The notes: generated by a model from the letters alone, not told the origin. A stretch of 64,000 nucleotides of DNA from an uncultured Verrucomicrobiae bacterium (GCA_963764165.1 CAVXRD010000002.1:2016001-2080000); one strand, 5' to 3'. Shown: positions 1-10,826, counted from the stretch's first letter. Made by a program: numbers and translations.

Positions 1-1
1 C

Positions 2-322
2 GTTCGGCAGCCCCTTCAGTTCGACAATAATTGACAACGTGTTCGAATCGGCAAACATCGACAATTTTAGCGGTTTGGAAATCAAATCAGACAGTTTTTT
101 GGGAAGAACCTTCCGCGCCCAGCGCTCCCACGTGGTTTCAGTGGTGAAAAAGGGAATGCCGTAAACGGTTCCCAATATCTCCACAGTGGAGCCATCCGGC
201 AATCGCGCCCGGCTCCGATTTCGTTCGTTGACAGCGCTGCGCCAAGTCCAAATGATGGCGACGATCATACAAATCGCGAGCAAGGCAAAGATAAGCTTGC
301 GATGGATTTTGCGCTCAATCAC
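2..322 (-). CDS. Membrane-anchored hypothetical protein, paralog 4 of tandem family (partial, runs off window start)
   Basis: Not in the ORF track. Manual translation from GTG at 322 gives MIERKIHRKLIFALLAICMIVAIIWTWRSAVNERNRSRARLPDGSTVEILGTVYGIPFFTTETTWERWARKVLPKKL, matching the N-termini of the next three ORFs. Confidence 0.85.
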   Translation of the reverse strand, partial: MIERKIHRKLIFALLAICMIVAIIWTWRSAVNERNRSRARLPDGSTVEILGTVYGIPFFTTETTWERWARKVLPKKLSDLISKPLKLSMFADSNTLSIIVELKGLPN

Positions 323-361
323 GACAAAGTCTGTTTTATGCTGTCAATCCTGTTCATCCTG

Positions 362-1768
362 TCAAAACGTCTTTTTTGGCTGCGGCTGAGCGCGCTGTGA
401 CGCTCTGGCCTGTGCGACAGCAGTATTGGAGAAAACGTCCTGAGGATTCACCATGAAATCAAAAAGCAGCGGACCGTTAAAAACCAGAACCAGGCGCACG
501 GAGAGTGTTTTCGACGTCGAATTCGGACGCAAAGTTAAGAGGCGAAATCGCTTATGTTCGACAGTGCTAGAATTGGGTGTGGTTTCGCACAAATCGACCT
601 TTTGGCCATCTTGGTCGGTTGCCCATTCCCAAATCTCATCCTTCGCCCCCGCTCCGCTGAACTCAACCAGCATCGTTGGACTATTGCACATCCAGGTTTC
701 AACGACATTAGTTCCAGTCTCCAATAGCGAATGACTGTTAGTTCCTATCGGTGGAGCGGCGCTTGCAAACATCACACCGTTGCTCAGGCTGACTTGCCTT
801 GCCCCGGCGAGGTAAGTGATATCCACTCCCACGTCGCAGATGTTTGTCTTTCTGTCGATAGTCAGAAATTCGCCGTGTTGAGGAATCGGGAAGTTGGTCA
901 AGACCAGTTGTTCTTCGTTGTCGAAATCGATCCAGCGACCTCGCGACAACCAGACGTGGAGTTTGCACGCCGGCTCGTTCGGAGAGAAATACAGAGGATC
1001 GTCGGCAGTCATGCATACATTTCCGGTTGCATCGGAACAGTCCATCAGTTGCGGCTCTGCCTTTGCCCACTCCGGATTCTTCGATTTGACGCTGAATTTA
1101 GGCACAAGATAAGGCCAGCCCGGCCTTCCCGCTTGTGTGATGCTTTCAAGAGTTAATTGGACGGGGCCGTTCGTGAGTGTTTGTGGCAAAGGCAACGTTG
1201 GCCACGTCGGAAAAGGGCCGGGATCGGGATTGGGCACACGCAACCGGCCCAGACTCGCTCCCGAGGAATCGACCATGTCCAACCAAAACCAGGGTCTCCG
1301 GCGAGGAAAGGATCGCATGAGCATCCGGGTGACCGACTTTCCCCTGCCGCCCAAAAACGTCGCACATTCATTAATTCCGCAGATTCCCCCGCTCTCGTCT
1401 TCCGTCCGGATCGACACCCAAGGCTCGCCTTCGCCCCAGAGAGGCGGTCCGGTTACTTGCAGGAAGACTTCCGGTCCCGGGTAATTGAAGGTTCCCAACA
1501 ATGAACCGCCGGATATCGGACGCGGAATCCAACCGGTGAGTTTTTTGGGGAGATATTTCCGCGCCAAACGCTGCCATTTAGTTTCCGTAGTGAATATGTT
1601 GGCGCCATAAGCGGCTCCCAAATATTCCACGACATAACCATTTGCCAGCGTCACCCTGAGCTTGTTTCGTTCGTTGACACCGCTGCGCCAAGCCCAAACG
1701 ACGGCGGCGAGCAGACAAATGGCGAGCAAGGCAAAGGCTATTTTCCTTTTCTCCGCATTCGCATCCAC
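362..1768 (-). CDS. Membrane-anchored hypothetical protein, paralog 3
   Basis: 468-aa ORF with N-terminal hydrophobic helix and family motifs VEYLG.AYG, TETKWQRLARK, FPRR, PLPQT.TNGPV.LTL, DATGN. Confidence 0.85.
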   Translation of the reverse strand: MDANAEKRKIAFALLAICLLAAVVWAWRSGVNERNKLRVTLANGYVVEYLGAAYGANIFTTETKWQRLARKYLPKKLTGWIPRPISGGSLLGTFNYPGPEVFLQVTGPPLWGEGEPWVSIRTEDESGGICGINECATFLGGRGKSVTRMLMRSFPRRRPWFWLDMVDSSGASLGRLRVPNPDPGPFPTWPTLPLPQTLTNGPVQLTLESITQAGRPGWPYLVPKFSVKSKNPEWAKAEPQLMDCSDATGNVCMTADDPLYFSPNEPACKLHVWLSRGRWIDFDNEEQLVLTNFPIPQHGEFLTIDRKTNICDVGVDITYLAGARQVSLSNGVMFASAAPPIGTNSHSLLETGTNVVETWMCNSPTMLVEFSGAGAKDEIWEWATDQDGQKVDLCETTPNSSTVEHKRFRLLTLRPNSTSKTLSVRLVLVFNGPLLFDFMVNPQDVFSNTAVAQARASQRAQPQPKKTF

Positions 1769-1822
1769 AGATGCAAGTTAGATGCAAACTCACCTGAATC
1801 GTTCGATGAATTGGGGAATAAA

Positions 1823-3094
1823 TTATTTGCCGTAGTTGGTGGAAAAAACATCCGCAGGGTTCACTATGAATTCAAACATCAAAGGGCGGCTGATCGCCAA
1901 TCGCACCGTCAGCGTCTTCGATGTCGGGTATGGACTCATAACGAACCGCATCTCGTGATTGTCTCCCGACATTTTAGAGCTCACCGTTTTGCCGTCCTGG
2001 TCGATGACGCTTATCTCAAGTTCCTCGTAATCCTTGAACCCTTGCGCTTTCATTTTTAGCACGGGATGCGCATTCTGGGGAGGAAGGTCTGTCTTGTCAG
2101 CGACACCGTTGGTGGGACCAACCGGCCCGCCGCCAGACAGTTCCGTGACGCTTAACGCGATCCAAAGGAAGTTTGTGTGCACATCCAGGGGCACGGACAA
2201 GCCGGGGCCGGGAATCGAAAGCGCGGGCAAAACCAGCACTTCATCGCCGGGCAGCTCGCCAAGGTTCCTCCGCTTCACGCAAGCGCGAACGTTCCATGCC
2301 GGCTCCGACGACGGGAGCCATTCATGACTCTCATTGCCGGTGGCATCTATGAATTCCTCGAACACGGGTTGGGCATTCGTCCATGCCGGATTCGTGGTTG
2401 TGAGGCTGAATCGCGGAGTCATTCCTCTCACTTTCGGCGGCCTCGGAGGCATCAAATTCTTCAGCGTTAGTTCCACGGGTCCATTTGTTTCTGTTTGCGG
2501 CAAGGGCGAGGTTTTCCAGGCCGGAAACGGCCCCGTGACTGGGTTTTGCACGCGGAATCGAGCCATCGTCGAACCTTGGGAACCACCCACCTCGAACCAA
2601 AATTCAGATTGCCGCCGCGGGTAAGAATTGATCGACATCCCACAAAGAACCGTTCCTTTGGCAGGGTCGGACGAAGTCAACATTGCGCCGCTGTTCTGAT
2701 AAGCCTCGCCCGCATCGTCCACCGCCCGAAACGTCTTCCAAGGCATGCCTGTGCTTCCGATGCCGGGCGGCCCCTTCAACTCGACATAAACGGCCAGCGC
2801 ATTTGACCCATTGCGGATTGAGGGGCGGCTGGGGGCCGGGATCCAGCCCGTGAGCGCCGAGGGAAGTGCCTTGCGAGCCAGGTGCTGCCATTTGGTTTCG
2901 GTATTGAATGAGGTGTTGCCGTAGGCCGTTCCCAAATATTCCACAGTCAACCCGCCCGGCAAGGCCGCCACGCGCCGATGTCGCTCATTGACAGCGCTGC
3001 TCCAAAGCAAGACGAGAGCTACAAGGATGGCAATTGCCAGCAAGGCAAGAAATAGCCGGAGCGCCACCGTGGCTTTTCGCGCGTTTGAATCCAC
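1823..3094 (-). CDS. Membrane-anchored hypothetical protein, paralog 2
   Basis: Same motifs. Start reassigned to GTG at 3094 (VDSNARKATVALRLF) by alignment with paralogs. Confidence 0.8.
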   Translation of the reverse strand: MDSNARKATVALRLFLALLAIAILVALVLLWSSAVNERHRRVAALPGGLTVEYLGTAYGNTSFNTETKWQHLARKALPSALTGWIPAPSRPSIRNGSNALAVYVELKGPPGIGSTGMPWKTFRAVDDAGEAYQNSGAMLTSSDPAKGTVLCGMSINSYPRRQSEFWFEVGGSQGSTMARFRVQNPVTGPFPAWKTSPLPQTETNGPVELTLKNLMPPRPPKVRGMTPRFSLTTTNPAWTNAQPVFEEFIDATGNESHEWLPSSEPAWNVRACVKRRNLGELPGDEVLVLPALSIPGPGLSVPLDVHTNFLWIALSVTELSGGGPVGPTNGVADKTDLPPQNAHPVLKMKAQGFKDYEELEISVIDQDGKTVSSKMSGDNHEMRFVMSPYPTSKTLTVRLAISRPLMFEFIVNPADVFSTNYGK

Positions 3095-3154
3095 TGATGC
3101 AACGGAGATTACGAATTCATGCGTGCAGAAACAACGATTCGTTTGGAATGCAAA

Positions 3155-3186
3155 GGTAGCAACGCCCCGCCAAGGCGTCCCTGCCT
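3155..3186. repeat. Degenerate GTAG-type REP-like palindrome
   Basis: GGTAGCAACGCCCCGCCAAGGCGTCC resembles GGTAGGGACGCCTCGCCGAGGCGTCC at 63111. Confidence 0.5.
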
Positions 3187-3188
3187 TT

Positions 3189-4553
3189 CTAACGCCGGGA
3201 GGACGCTGCTTGGCGCGAGCCCGGCGCGTTGGAAAGGGCTTGCGCCGGGTTGACCATAAATTCAAACGGCAGCGAGGTGTTGATGCCGAGCTGTATCGTC
3301 AGCCCCTTCAATGCCGCGTGCAGATGCAGCAACCGATAGGTCGAGCCTCTGAGTTTGTCGAAACTCACCTTCTCTTTCGCGCCCTCGTCATCGGTGACCA
3401 AATACTCAATGAAATCTGCCTTGGACAATCCGCGGGCGTCGACGATCAGCCCTGGCCCCGTGAAGGAGGAAGGGCGGGACATGCCTTTTCCGCCGCGGGA
3501 GGCATTGCGCCCGAGCGCGCGTCCCTCGGAAGAGGGCGGGGACGCCGTCACCAGTTGCACAATGCCATTGCTGATCGAGAATACGCCATCGCCGACCAAA
3601 CCCAGGACATTTAATTCGACTCCCGCGATGTTCGTTTTGACATCCATCGGCGCGATTTTTCCTGTGTCTGGAACGGAGAGGCCGCGCAGGAGCACAATTT
3701 CGTCGGCCGCGAAGTCGCCGGGAAATTGCCGCGATGCCACCATTTGAATCTTCCATGCCGGCTCGGTAGGCGGCAGAAACGTCGAGCTCTGGTTGCCGGT
3801 GGCATCGAGAATTTCGCGGACAAAAGGCCTCGCGTTGGCCCAACCTAGATTGGCCGAAGCGATGTTGAATTGCGGCGCGAGGACAATGCCCGAGGCGTTG
3901 GTTTGCATCGCCAGCCCTCTTAAGGTGAGTTCCACCGGGCCGTTTGTCACCGTTTGCGGCAAAGGCGGCGCTTTCCACACCGGGTATTGCCCTGCCACCG
4001 GATTGTTGACTCGGAATCTGGCCATTCGCGAGGACGCCGAATCGAGAACCTCATACCAAAAGTCGCTCTGCCGCCGCGGAAAAGACTGGAGCGACATTCC
4101 ATTAATGATCATCCCCTTGGCGGCGTCCGTCATTTGCTTCCAAGTCGAACTGGCTGGGTAGGCCGCGCCATCATCGCCAACAGCCCGCGCTGAGCTCCAT
4201 AGCGATTTTGCGCCGAAGGACCCCGCCGGGCCCTTCGCCCGAACGAAGACAGTCAGGGCATTCGATCCAGGGGAAAGTGTGGTTCTCCACGGGGTCGGGA
4301 GCCAGCCGCTCCATTTCGCTGGAAGGATTTCGCGGGCAATGCGCTGCCATTTTGTTTCGCTATCGAAGGAGGTATTGCCATGCGCTGTGCCCAAGTATTC
4401 CAAAGTGAGGCCGCCGGGCAGCGTGGCATGGTGCAGGGCGCGTTCATTGGCGGTGTCTCTCCAGAACCACGCCATTCCCAGCAAAAGGCCAAGGATCAGC
4501 AAGGCAAGAATCGCCCGTTGCGCCAGCATCGCTTTTCGCGCCTTCGTTTCCAC
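3189..4553 (-). CDS. Membrane-anchored hypothetical protein, paralog 1
   Basis: Same motifs. Likely start is GTG at 4553 (VETKARKAML), with the same CATCAGTGGA start context as paralog 2. Confidence 0.8.
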   Translation of the reverse strand: METKARKAMLAQRAILALLILGLLLGMAWFWRDTANERALHHATLPGGLTLEYLGTAHGNTSFDSETKWQRIAREILPAKWSGWLPTPWRTTLSPGSNALTVFVRAKGPAGSFGAKSLWSSARAVGDDGAAYPASSTWKQMTDAAKGMIINGMSLQSFPRRQSDFWYEVLDSASSRMARFRVNNPVAGQYPVWKAPPLPQTVTNGPVELTLRGLAMQTNASGIVLAPQFNIASANLGWANARPFVREILDATGNQSSTFLPPTEPAWKIQMVASRQFPGDFAADEIVLLRGLSVPDTGKIAPMDVKTNIAGVELNVLGLVGDGVFSISNGIVQLVTASPPSSEGRALGRNASRGGKGMSRPSSFTGPGLIVDARGLSKADFIEYLVTDDEGAKEKVSFDKLRGSTYRLLHLHAALKGLTIQLGINTSLPFEFMVNPAQALSNAPGSRQAASSRR

Positions 4554-4873
4554 TGATGTCAAACAGCTTACAAATCAGCTCCTGTCGAGACAATCCTTGG
4601 TTGCCGAAAATGAAGTCACAGGATGACCCAGATAATCAGGAACGACCAAACTCAGAAAAGAATCTGTGGCTCATTCAATTTCCTTCCGGCGGCGGATTTG
4701 GAAATCCGCGCTACGGCGAATCTGCAGCTCCCTTGCGGCTTTTCCATAGTTCGTCCGACTCCAATTTTTTCGGCCCAGCCGCTCGAGAAGCTGGCCTTGC
4801 ACGGTTTGCCAGCCCCACGGGAAGCGCTCCAGGACATTCCATTTTTTGAAACGGGGGTCGTTCGGGTTGGGGT

Positions 4874-5187
4874 GAGGAACTTGCCCACGAATACGTCCAA
4901 CACGCTCAACCCACTCGAGAAGAGGAGACCAAGGGTCTGGTTTCGGCGTTCCTCAGCCAGCACGCCGGCGATCAATCGCCGCGCGGTCACCACGAAGCAA
5001 ATGCCCGCGAGGCAAAGATATAGTTCCAAGGCGCGGCCTCCGCCGCGGTCATGCATCAGCGAGCCAAACCAGACGAGAATCATTGAACCGGCAGTCGCGA
5101 ACGCAGCTACCTTCAGGCGGCCCCGGGCTGGCCGTTGCTTGCGCACAGCCACCCGCAACTCCGTTCAATCAGCGGCACAGACGCCAT
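4874..5187 (-). pseudogene. Truncated, frameshifted ABC-2-type permease N-terminus
   Basis: MASVPLIER, then a 1-nt slip near 5160, then ELRVAVRK...AEERRNQTLGLLFSSGLSVLDVFVGKFL. The EExxxxTLxLL...GK permease motif is present and homology ends after it. Confidence 0.7.
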
Positions 5188-5360
5188 GGCACAATGGCAG
5201 TCAATGCCGGTGGAGCAGGGCAGTCAAGCTCTGTGCGTGGATGGGTAATGAGGCCGTTTGTTCGCGCGATGATGGGAGTGATGGGAATAATGGGACTCAC
5301 GCCTGGCGGCCTTCTACGTTGGATTGCGCAAGGGCGGTTTGGTGCCTAAGATGGTCTTCG

Positions 5361-6884
5361 ATGAAATCCAAAGGCATTGTTTATCTGGTGGGCGCGGGGC
5401 CCGGGGACGCGGGGCTGCTGACTGTGCGTGGGGCTGAATTGCTGGCCCGGGCGGGTGTGGTGGTTTATGACGCGTTGGTGAACAAGGATTTGCTTCGGCT
5501 GGCGCCGCCGGCGGCCGAACTGATTTACGCGGGAAAACGTTCCAGCGACCATGCCATTCCTCAAGACAAACTCAACCAACTCCTGGTCGAAAAAGCGAAG
5601 GCCGGGTTTTGCGTCGTTCGGCTGAAAGGCGGCGATCCGTATGTTTTTGGACGCGGCGGCGAAGAGGCGGTGGAACTCGAGGAAGCGGGCGTGCCCTTTG
5701 AAGTCGTCCCGGGCGTGACCTCGAGCATCGCGGGGCCGAATTATGCGGGCATTCCTGTCACGCATCGCGAGTTTTGTTCCAGTTTTACGGTTGTCACTGG
5801 CCACGAGGATCCGGATAAGGAAGGCCCCGAGGTGAATTGGGCGCAAATCGCGAAAACTCCGGGCACGAAGGTCATCATGATGGGCATTACGCGCATCAAG
5901 GTCATCGCCGAGGCCCTCATCGCCAACGGAATGCCGCCAGCGACGCCAGTGGCGATGATCCGATGGGCCACGACGGGCCGGCAGCAAACCGTTGCCGGAA
6001 CGCTGGCCGATATTGCCGAAGTCGGCGAAAAGGCGGGATTCAAGCCACCGGGTTTGGCGGTGGTGGGAGAGGTCGTCCGGCTTCGGAAAAAGTTAAATTG
6101 GTTCGAGAAACGCAGGCTGTTTGGCCAGCGCATCGTGGTCACGCGCACTCGAGAGCAGGCCGGTCAATTGAGCCGTTTGCTGTTGGAACGCGGGGCGGAC
6201 GTCCTCGAGATTCCCACCATTCGCGTTGAGCCGCCGAACGAGAAACACCCCATTGCCGACGCCTTGCTGGAATTGAATTCCTACGATTGGATCGTTTTTA
6301 CCAGTCCCAATGGTGTGACCGCCTTTTTCGAGTTCTTTTTCAGAGTGTTTGAGGACATGCGTGACATCGGCGGCGTGCGCATCGCGGCGGTGGGGCCGGC
6401 GACGGCTGAGAAATTGCGCGCCCTGCACCTGAAGGTGGACGCCATGCCGAAGGAGTACGTGGCCGGAAAGGTCGCCGACGCGATGTGCGCCGATGGCAGC
6501 GTGGAGAATCTAAAGGTTCTCCTGCTGCGGGCGGAAGTGGCGAGCAAGGAATTGCCGGAGAAGCTCGTGGAACTGGGGGCGATAGTGGACGACATCGCCG
6601 TTTACAAGACGGTGGCGGAAACGGAAGACCGGAGCGGCGCGAAAGCCCGCTTGATTGAAGACGGCGTGGATTGGATCACGTTCACCAGCAGTTCCACGGT
6701 GGAGAATTTCCATGCCTTGATCGACCTTCCTGCGCTCTTGAAGCAGCATCCCGGAATCAAGCTGGCGTCTATCGGTCCGGAAACGAGCAAAGCCATCACG
6801 GCTCTAGGGCTAAAAGCCGATTTGGAAGCGCGCGAACATACAATCGAGGGCCTGGCGAAGGCCATTGAGAATGCCATACATTAG
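5361..6884 (+). CDS. cobA: Uroporphyrinogen-III C-methyltransferase / uroporphyrinogen-III synthase fusion
   Basis: VYLVGAGPGD and RLKGGDPYVFGRGGEE (SUMT), followed by a HemD domain (IVVTR, VFTSPNGV, AVGPATA, FTSSSTV). Start ATG at 5361. Confidence 0.95.
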   Translation: MKSKGIVYLVGAGPGDAGLLTVRGAELLARAGVVVYDALVNKDLLRLAPPAAELIYAGKRSSDHAIPQDKLNQLLVEKAKAGFCVVRLKGGDPYVFGRGGEEAVELEEAGVPFEVVPGVTSSIAGPNYAGIPVTHREFCSSFTVVTGHEDPDKEGPEVNWAQIAKTPGTKVIMMGITRIKVIAEALIANGMPPATPVAMIRWATTGRQQTVAGTLADIAEVGEKAGFKPPGLAVVGEVVRLRKKLNWFEKRRLFGQRIVVTRTREQAGQLSRLLLERGADVLEIPTIRVEPPNEKHPIADALLELNSYDWIVFTSPNGVTAFFEFFFRVFEDMRDIGGVRIAAVGPATAEKLRALHLKVDAMPKEYVAGKVADAMCADGSVENLKVLLLRAEVASKELPEKLVELGAIVDDIAVYKTVAETEDRSGAKARLIEDGVDWITFTSSSTVENFHALIDLPALLKQHPGIKLASIGPETSKAITALGLKADLEAREHTIEGLAKAIENAIH

Positions 6885-6967
6885 ATCGCCGCACTTGAAA
6901 ACGGCAATAATGCAATCAAGTCGATTTCTTCGTTGACCTTTGCGCCCGTTTCGGTCACTTTGGCGCG

Positions 6968-9900
6968 ATGATCAGAACCATTCCCCAAATGGCGACCGGT
7001 ATTGCTACACCTACTGGTCCGTCACGCACTCCTGTACACTCTGCCGTTTCGTTGCTTGGACGCTGGGCCTTGCTCGGTTTGCTCCTTTTGCTGGGCGTGC
7101 CAGCGAGCCAGGGCCAAACTCTTTCGGGGGATTATTATTGGACCGCTAACTCCGATAACACCGTTACGATTGTCGAATACGTCGGCGCCGGCGGCGCGGT
7201 GACCGTCCCTTCCACGATTTCGGGAATGACGGTAAGTGAAATCGGCACAAACGCGTTTTTTTACCAGGACTCCATTACTTCGGTTTTTATTCCGGGCACC
7301 ATAACGACAATCGGACCAGGCGCATTTTATGGGTGCGCCAACATGGCCAGCCTTACCATTTCGGATGGCGTGACGCTATTGCGGACGAACGCGTTTGGCG
7401 CCTGCACCGCGTTAACGGAGGTTACAGTGCCAGGAAGTGTCAAAATTGTCGGAGCGTACGCGTTTTATGGATGCACCAACCTGGCCCATCTCACTATTTC
7501 CAATGGCGTGACGAAATTGAACACGAACGCGTTTGGCAACTGCACTGCGCTCACGTTCGTGGATCTGCCAGCCAGCGTCACCAATGTCGAGGACTATACA
7601 TTTTATCTATGCACCGGAATCACAAATGCGATCGTCGAGAGCGGCACTACCATCATGGGCGGGTTTGTGTTCGGCTCCTGCAGCAACCTCGTCAGCGCGA
7701 CATTTCCTGGTGGGAATTTTCCGGCGGGAAACGATTTTTATGGGTGCCCCAAGCTTGCCAGTATAATCATTTCCCCCGGCTCCCCCTTCATTGGCGCGGA
7801 CCAATTTGCTAATTTCGTCACGCTGACCTCGATATCCATCGCCGACAGTGTCACAAGCATCGGGGAGAGCGCATTCCAGCAATGCTATGGCCTTTCGTCC
7901 GTTACGATTCCCGGCAGTGTCACCAACATTGGCCAAAACGTTTTCATTGAATGCACCAATCTCAACACGGTGACAATGGACGCTGGAGTCGAGTCGATTG
8001 GAGTGACGGCCTTCGCCTTTTGCAGCGCGTTGACCAACCTGACCATCGCAGCCACCGTGACTGATATTGGCCTTGAAGCCTTCGACGGTTGCTCTAATCT
8101 TACAACCGCAGTCATACCAAACGGGGCGGCCAATGTGGGAGTTGAAGCATTTGCCTACTGCGTCAACCTGACGAGCGCCACAATTCCTGGAAATGTCGCT
8201 GACGTGAACTATCTTTTTTACGGCAACCCAAACGTGAGCGATATTACCATCTCCTCCGGAACAACAAACATTCCACCGTATGAATTCAACGGGTTTTCTA
8301 ATCTTGTCAGCCTGACAATTCCCGGCAGTGTGGCCAGCATTGGGGATTTCGCATTTTATGGTTCGAGCGTGTCATCCCTGACATTGGCCAACGGCATCCA
8401 GTCGATCGGTGATTCGGCATTTGAAAACTGCACAAATCTCCGCCAGGTTACCGTGCCTGGAAGTGTTGCAACGATTGGCGCAGCCGCCTTTTATAAATGC
8501 TCAGATTTGACAAACATCGTGATTTCAAACGGCGTCCAATCGATCGGAGATTCTGCGTTCCAATATTGCACCCTCCTCGGCAACACTGAGATTCCGGGAA
8601 GTGTTACGAATATTGGGGCTGCGGCTTTTTACGGCGATTACATGATTACGAGTGTTGTAACTGGAAGCGGCGTGCGATCCATTGGAGACCAGGCCTTTTA
8701 CTTCAACCCGTCCTTGCGAAGCATCGTCATCAACGGCCCTGTCGCGTCTATGGGATCGTATGTTTTCGGAGTATGCAGCAACGTCACCACCCTCGTCATA
8801 TCCAGCAACGTGACATATATCGGCAGTAATTGCTTTGTGTATTTGCCAAAGGTGCATTCGGTATCGCTGCCAGCCAGTTTGGCTTTTATTGGAGAAGACG
8901 CATTTTCCGAATGTTACGGTCTCACGAGTTACTATTTCTACGGCAATGCTCCCGCAGTCAGCGCGGCCGGTGTTTTCAAGTATGATCGCCTATTCGCGAG
9001 GGCGGTGGCATACTATTTGCATGGCAAATCCGGCTGGACAGCTAGCTTTGGGGGAGCGGTCGGCAGCACCAACACCATTCCGACGCAAACCTGGTCGGGT
9101 GGTTATGGGTCACTGGAAGTCTCTTTGACCCCGTCTACTGCAGCCGCCGCGGGAGCACTATGGCAGGTCGATGGCGGCCCCTGGCAAACCAATGGCGCCA
9201 AGGTTTCTAGCTTGCAAGTGGGCAGCCACTTAATCAGCTATAGCGCCGTTCCTGGATATCTCACCCCCGCAAATCAATCCGTATCCGTTTCGGCCTCTTC
9301 GACCCCTACAAAGGCCACCGGCACCTATAAAGGTGCCGGATACGCCTCGGTTGCGATTGGGCCGGCCGGAGTTGTGGCGGCAGGCGCGGAGTGGCAGATT
9401 GACGGCGGCGCCCGTTCCACAAGTGGCGCAACGGTGCCTCTCGCCATCGGAAAGCATACGCTCACGTTTACCACTGTCAGCGGATGGAATTCACCCGCAA
9501 AGCAGACGTTTACTGTCACCAACGGCGCGACAAACAACCTGTCGGGAACCTACACCCAGCAATTCGGCTCCGTGGAAGTCACGATTACTCCGGCTTCTGC
9601 AATAGCATTGGGAGCGATGTGGCAAATCGACGGAGGCGAACTCCACAATAGCGGGACCACGGTTCCAAATATTTCAGCAGGCGCGCACACGCTGTCGTTC
9701 ACTTCCATCGGCGGATTGGCAGTGCCGACGAACCACACGGTGGTCGTTAAGAATAAGAGCACGTCGCACGTGCCCGCCGCCTACTATTTCGCCGGCAAGG
9801 GAACCTACAACGGCCTGTTCACGGGGGCGCCCGGCACGGCGGAGCAAACCTCCGGGATGATCAGCGGCTTGGTCGTAAGTTCCACCGGAACCTATACCGG

Positions 9901-10765
9901 CAAGATTTATGTCGATGGCTCTACCAATTCGTTTAGCGGGTCCTTCATCTGGGATGCAGTTTCCACCAACTCCACCAAGGTTATCAAGCTTCCTCGGAAC
10001 GGCGGCTCGTTAGTGTTGAATCTGACTGGGAATTTCGCAAGCACGCCACTTACCATCACCGGGACGGTTTCCAATGACATCGCCGACGGTTGGGTATCGT
10101 ATGTCACGAATGAGATCGCGGGATCTGGATTCAAATCGCAGGAATATACCGCCGCCATTGCGCCGCAGGATACCAACACCCCCCCCAGCGGATATGGATG
10201 CATTCTTATTACGAACAAAGCTGGTATGGCTACGCTGACGGTTGCGATGGCGGACGGGGCGGCATTCACCGAGACTATTCCTGTCTCCAGCACGACCAAT
10301 ATTCCAGTCTATGGAGACCTTTACGGAAAAACCGGTTTGGTGATAGGCTGGCTCAGCTTGGAAAACAACGATGTTTCCGGGACGCTGACGTGGATCAGGC
10401 CGCATTCAAGCGCGGCTCTCTATGGAACTGGCTTCACTAATATTGTTTCAGTGACAGGTTACCCTTGGTTGAATCACGCCTCAACCAACCTGACGGGTGA
10501 CTTGCTGACCATCGAGGGCGCGAGCCTTCCTTCACCGCTCAGTTATACGATGGAAGTCAGCAGCAAGGACCAAGTCACAGCGAAGGATGAGCCGAGCACT
10601 GCGCTGAAAGGCTCGATCACTTTGGCGAATGGCAAGATGGCGATTAGCTTTGGCAGCAGCAGTGGATCAGCCGTTGTGCTGCAAAAGCCCGATGGCACTT
10701 CAAGCGTTCTCGGGTACTTTGTGACCAAGACAAATTCCGGCAGCATCTTTAGCGCCCCGCAATGA
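6968..10765 (+). CDS. Secreted BspA-type leucine-rich-repeat protein with three ~75-aa repeats and shared C-terminal domain
   Basis: Signal peptide, many L..V.IPGSV..IG..AF..C repeats, three GA.WQ[VI]DGG repeats at ~9105-9785, and a C-terminal domain shared with the 10911 and 51011 ORFs. Confidence 0.9.
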   Translation: MIRTIPQMATGIATPTGPSRTPVHSAVSLLGRWALLGLLLLLGVPASQGQTLSGDYYWTANSDNTVTIVEYVGAGGAVTVPSTISGMTVSEIGTNAFFYQDSITSVFIPGTITTIGPGAFYGCANMASLTISDGVTLLRTNAFGACTALTEVTVPGSVKIVGAYAFYGCTNLAHLTISNGVTKLNTNAFGNCTALTFVDLPASVTNVEDYTFYLCTGITNAIVESGTTIMGGFVFGSCSNLVSATFPGGNFPAGNDFYGCPKLASIIISPGSPFIGADQFANFVTLTSISIADSVTSIGESAFQQCYGLSSVTIPGSVTNIGQNVFIECTNLNTVTMDAGVESIGVTAFAFCSALTNLTIAATVTDIGLEAFDGCSNLTTAVIPNGAANVGVEAFAYCVNLTSATIPGNVADVNYLFYGNPNVSDITISSGTTNIPPYEFNGFSNLVSLTIPGSVASIGDFAFYGSSVSSLTLANGIQSIGDSAFENCTNLRQVTVPGSVATIGAAAFYKCSDLTNIVISNGVQSIGDSAFQYCTLLGNTEIPGSVTNIGAAAFYGDYMITSVVTGSGVRSIGDQAFYFNPSLRSIVINGPVASMGSYVFGVCSNVTTLVISSNVTYIGSNCFVYLPKVHSVSLPASLAFIGEDAFSECYGLTSYYFYGNAPAVSAAGVFKYDRLFARAVAYYLHGKSGWTASFGGAVGSTNTIPTQTWSGGYGSLEVSLTPSTAAAAGALWQVDGGPWQTNGAKVSSLQVGSHLISYSAVPGYLTPANQSVSVSASSTPTKATGTYKGAGYASVAIGPAGVVAAGAEWQIDGGARSTSGATVPLAIGKHTLTFTTVSGWNSPAKQTFTVTNGATNNLSGTYTQQFGSVEVTITPASAIALGAMWQIDGGELHNSGTTVPNISAGAHTLSFTSIGGLAVPTNHTVVVKNKSTSHVPAAYYFAGKGTYNGLFTGAPGTAEQTSGMISGLVVSSTGTYTGKIYVDGSTNSFSGSFIWDAVSTNSTKVIKLPRNGGSLVLNLTGNFASTPLTITGTVSNDIADGWVSYVTNEIAGSGFKSQEYTAAIAPQDTNTPPSGYGCILITNKAGMATLTVAMADGAAFTETIPVSSTTNIPVYGDLYGKTGLVIGWLSLENNDVSGTLTWIRPHSSAALYGTGFTNIVSVTGYPWLNHASTNLTGDLLTIEGASLPSPLSYTMEVSSKDQVTAKDEPSTALKGSITLANGKMAISFGSSSGSAVVLQKPDGTSSVLGYFVTKTNSGSIFSAPQ

Positions 10766-10791
10766 CGAGAATGCGCCCGGCGCGCAAAATC

Positions 10792-10826
10792 AGGCGGGGG
10801 CTTCGGCGCCTCCGCCAAATCTTTTA
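10792..10826 (+). terminator. Possible intrinsic terminator
   Basis: Hairpin GGCGGGGGC-TTCGGC-GCCTCCGCC followed closely by TCTTTT, just after the stop codon. Confidence 0.4.

Noticed and set aside
4623..5360. Long N-terminal extension of the cobA ORF (753 aa)
   Set aside because: Homology starts at MKSKGIVYLVGAG (5361). The extension overlaps an opposite-strand permease remnant.
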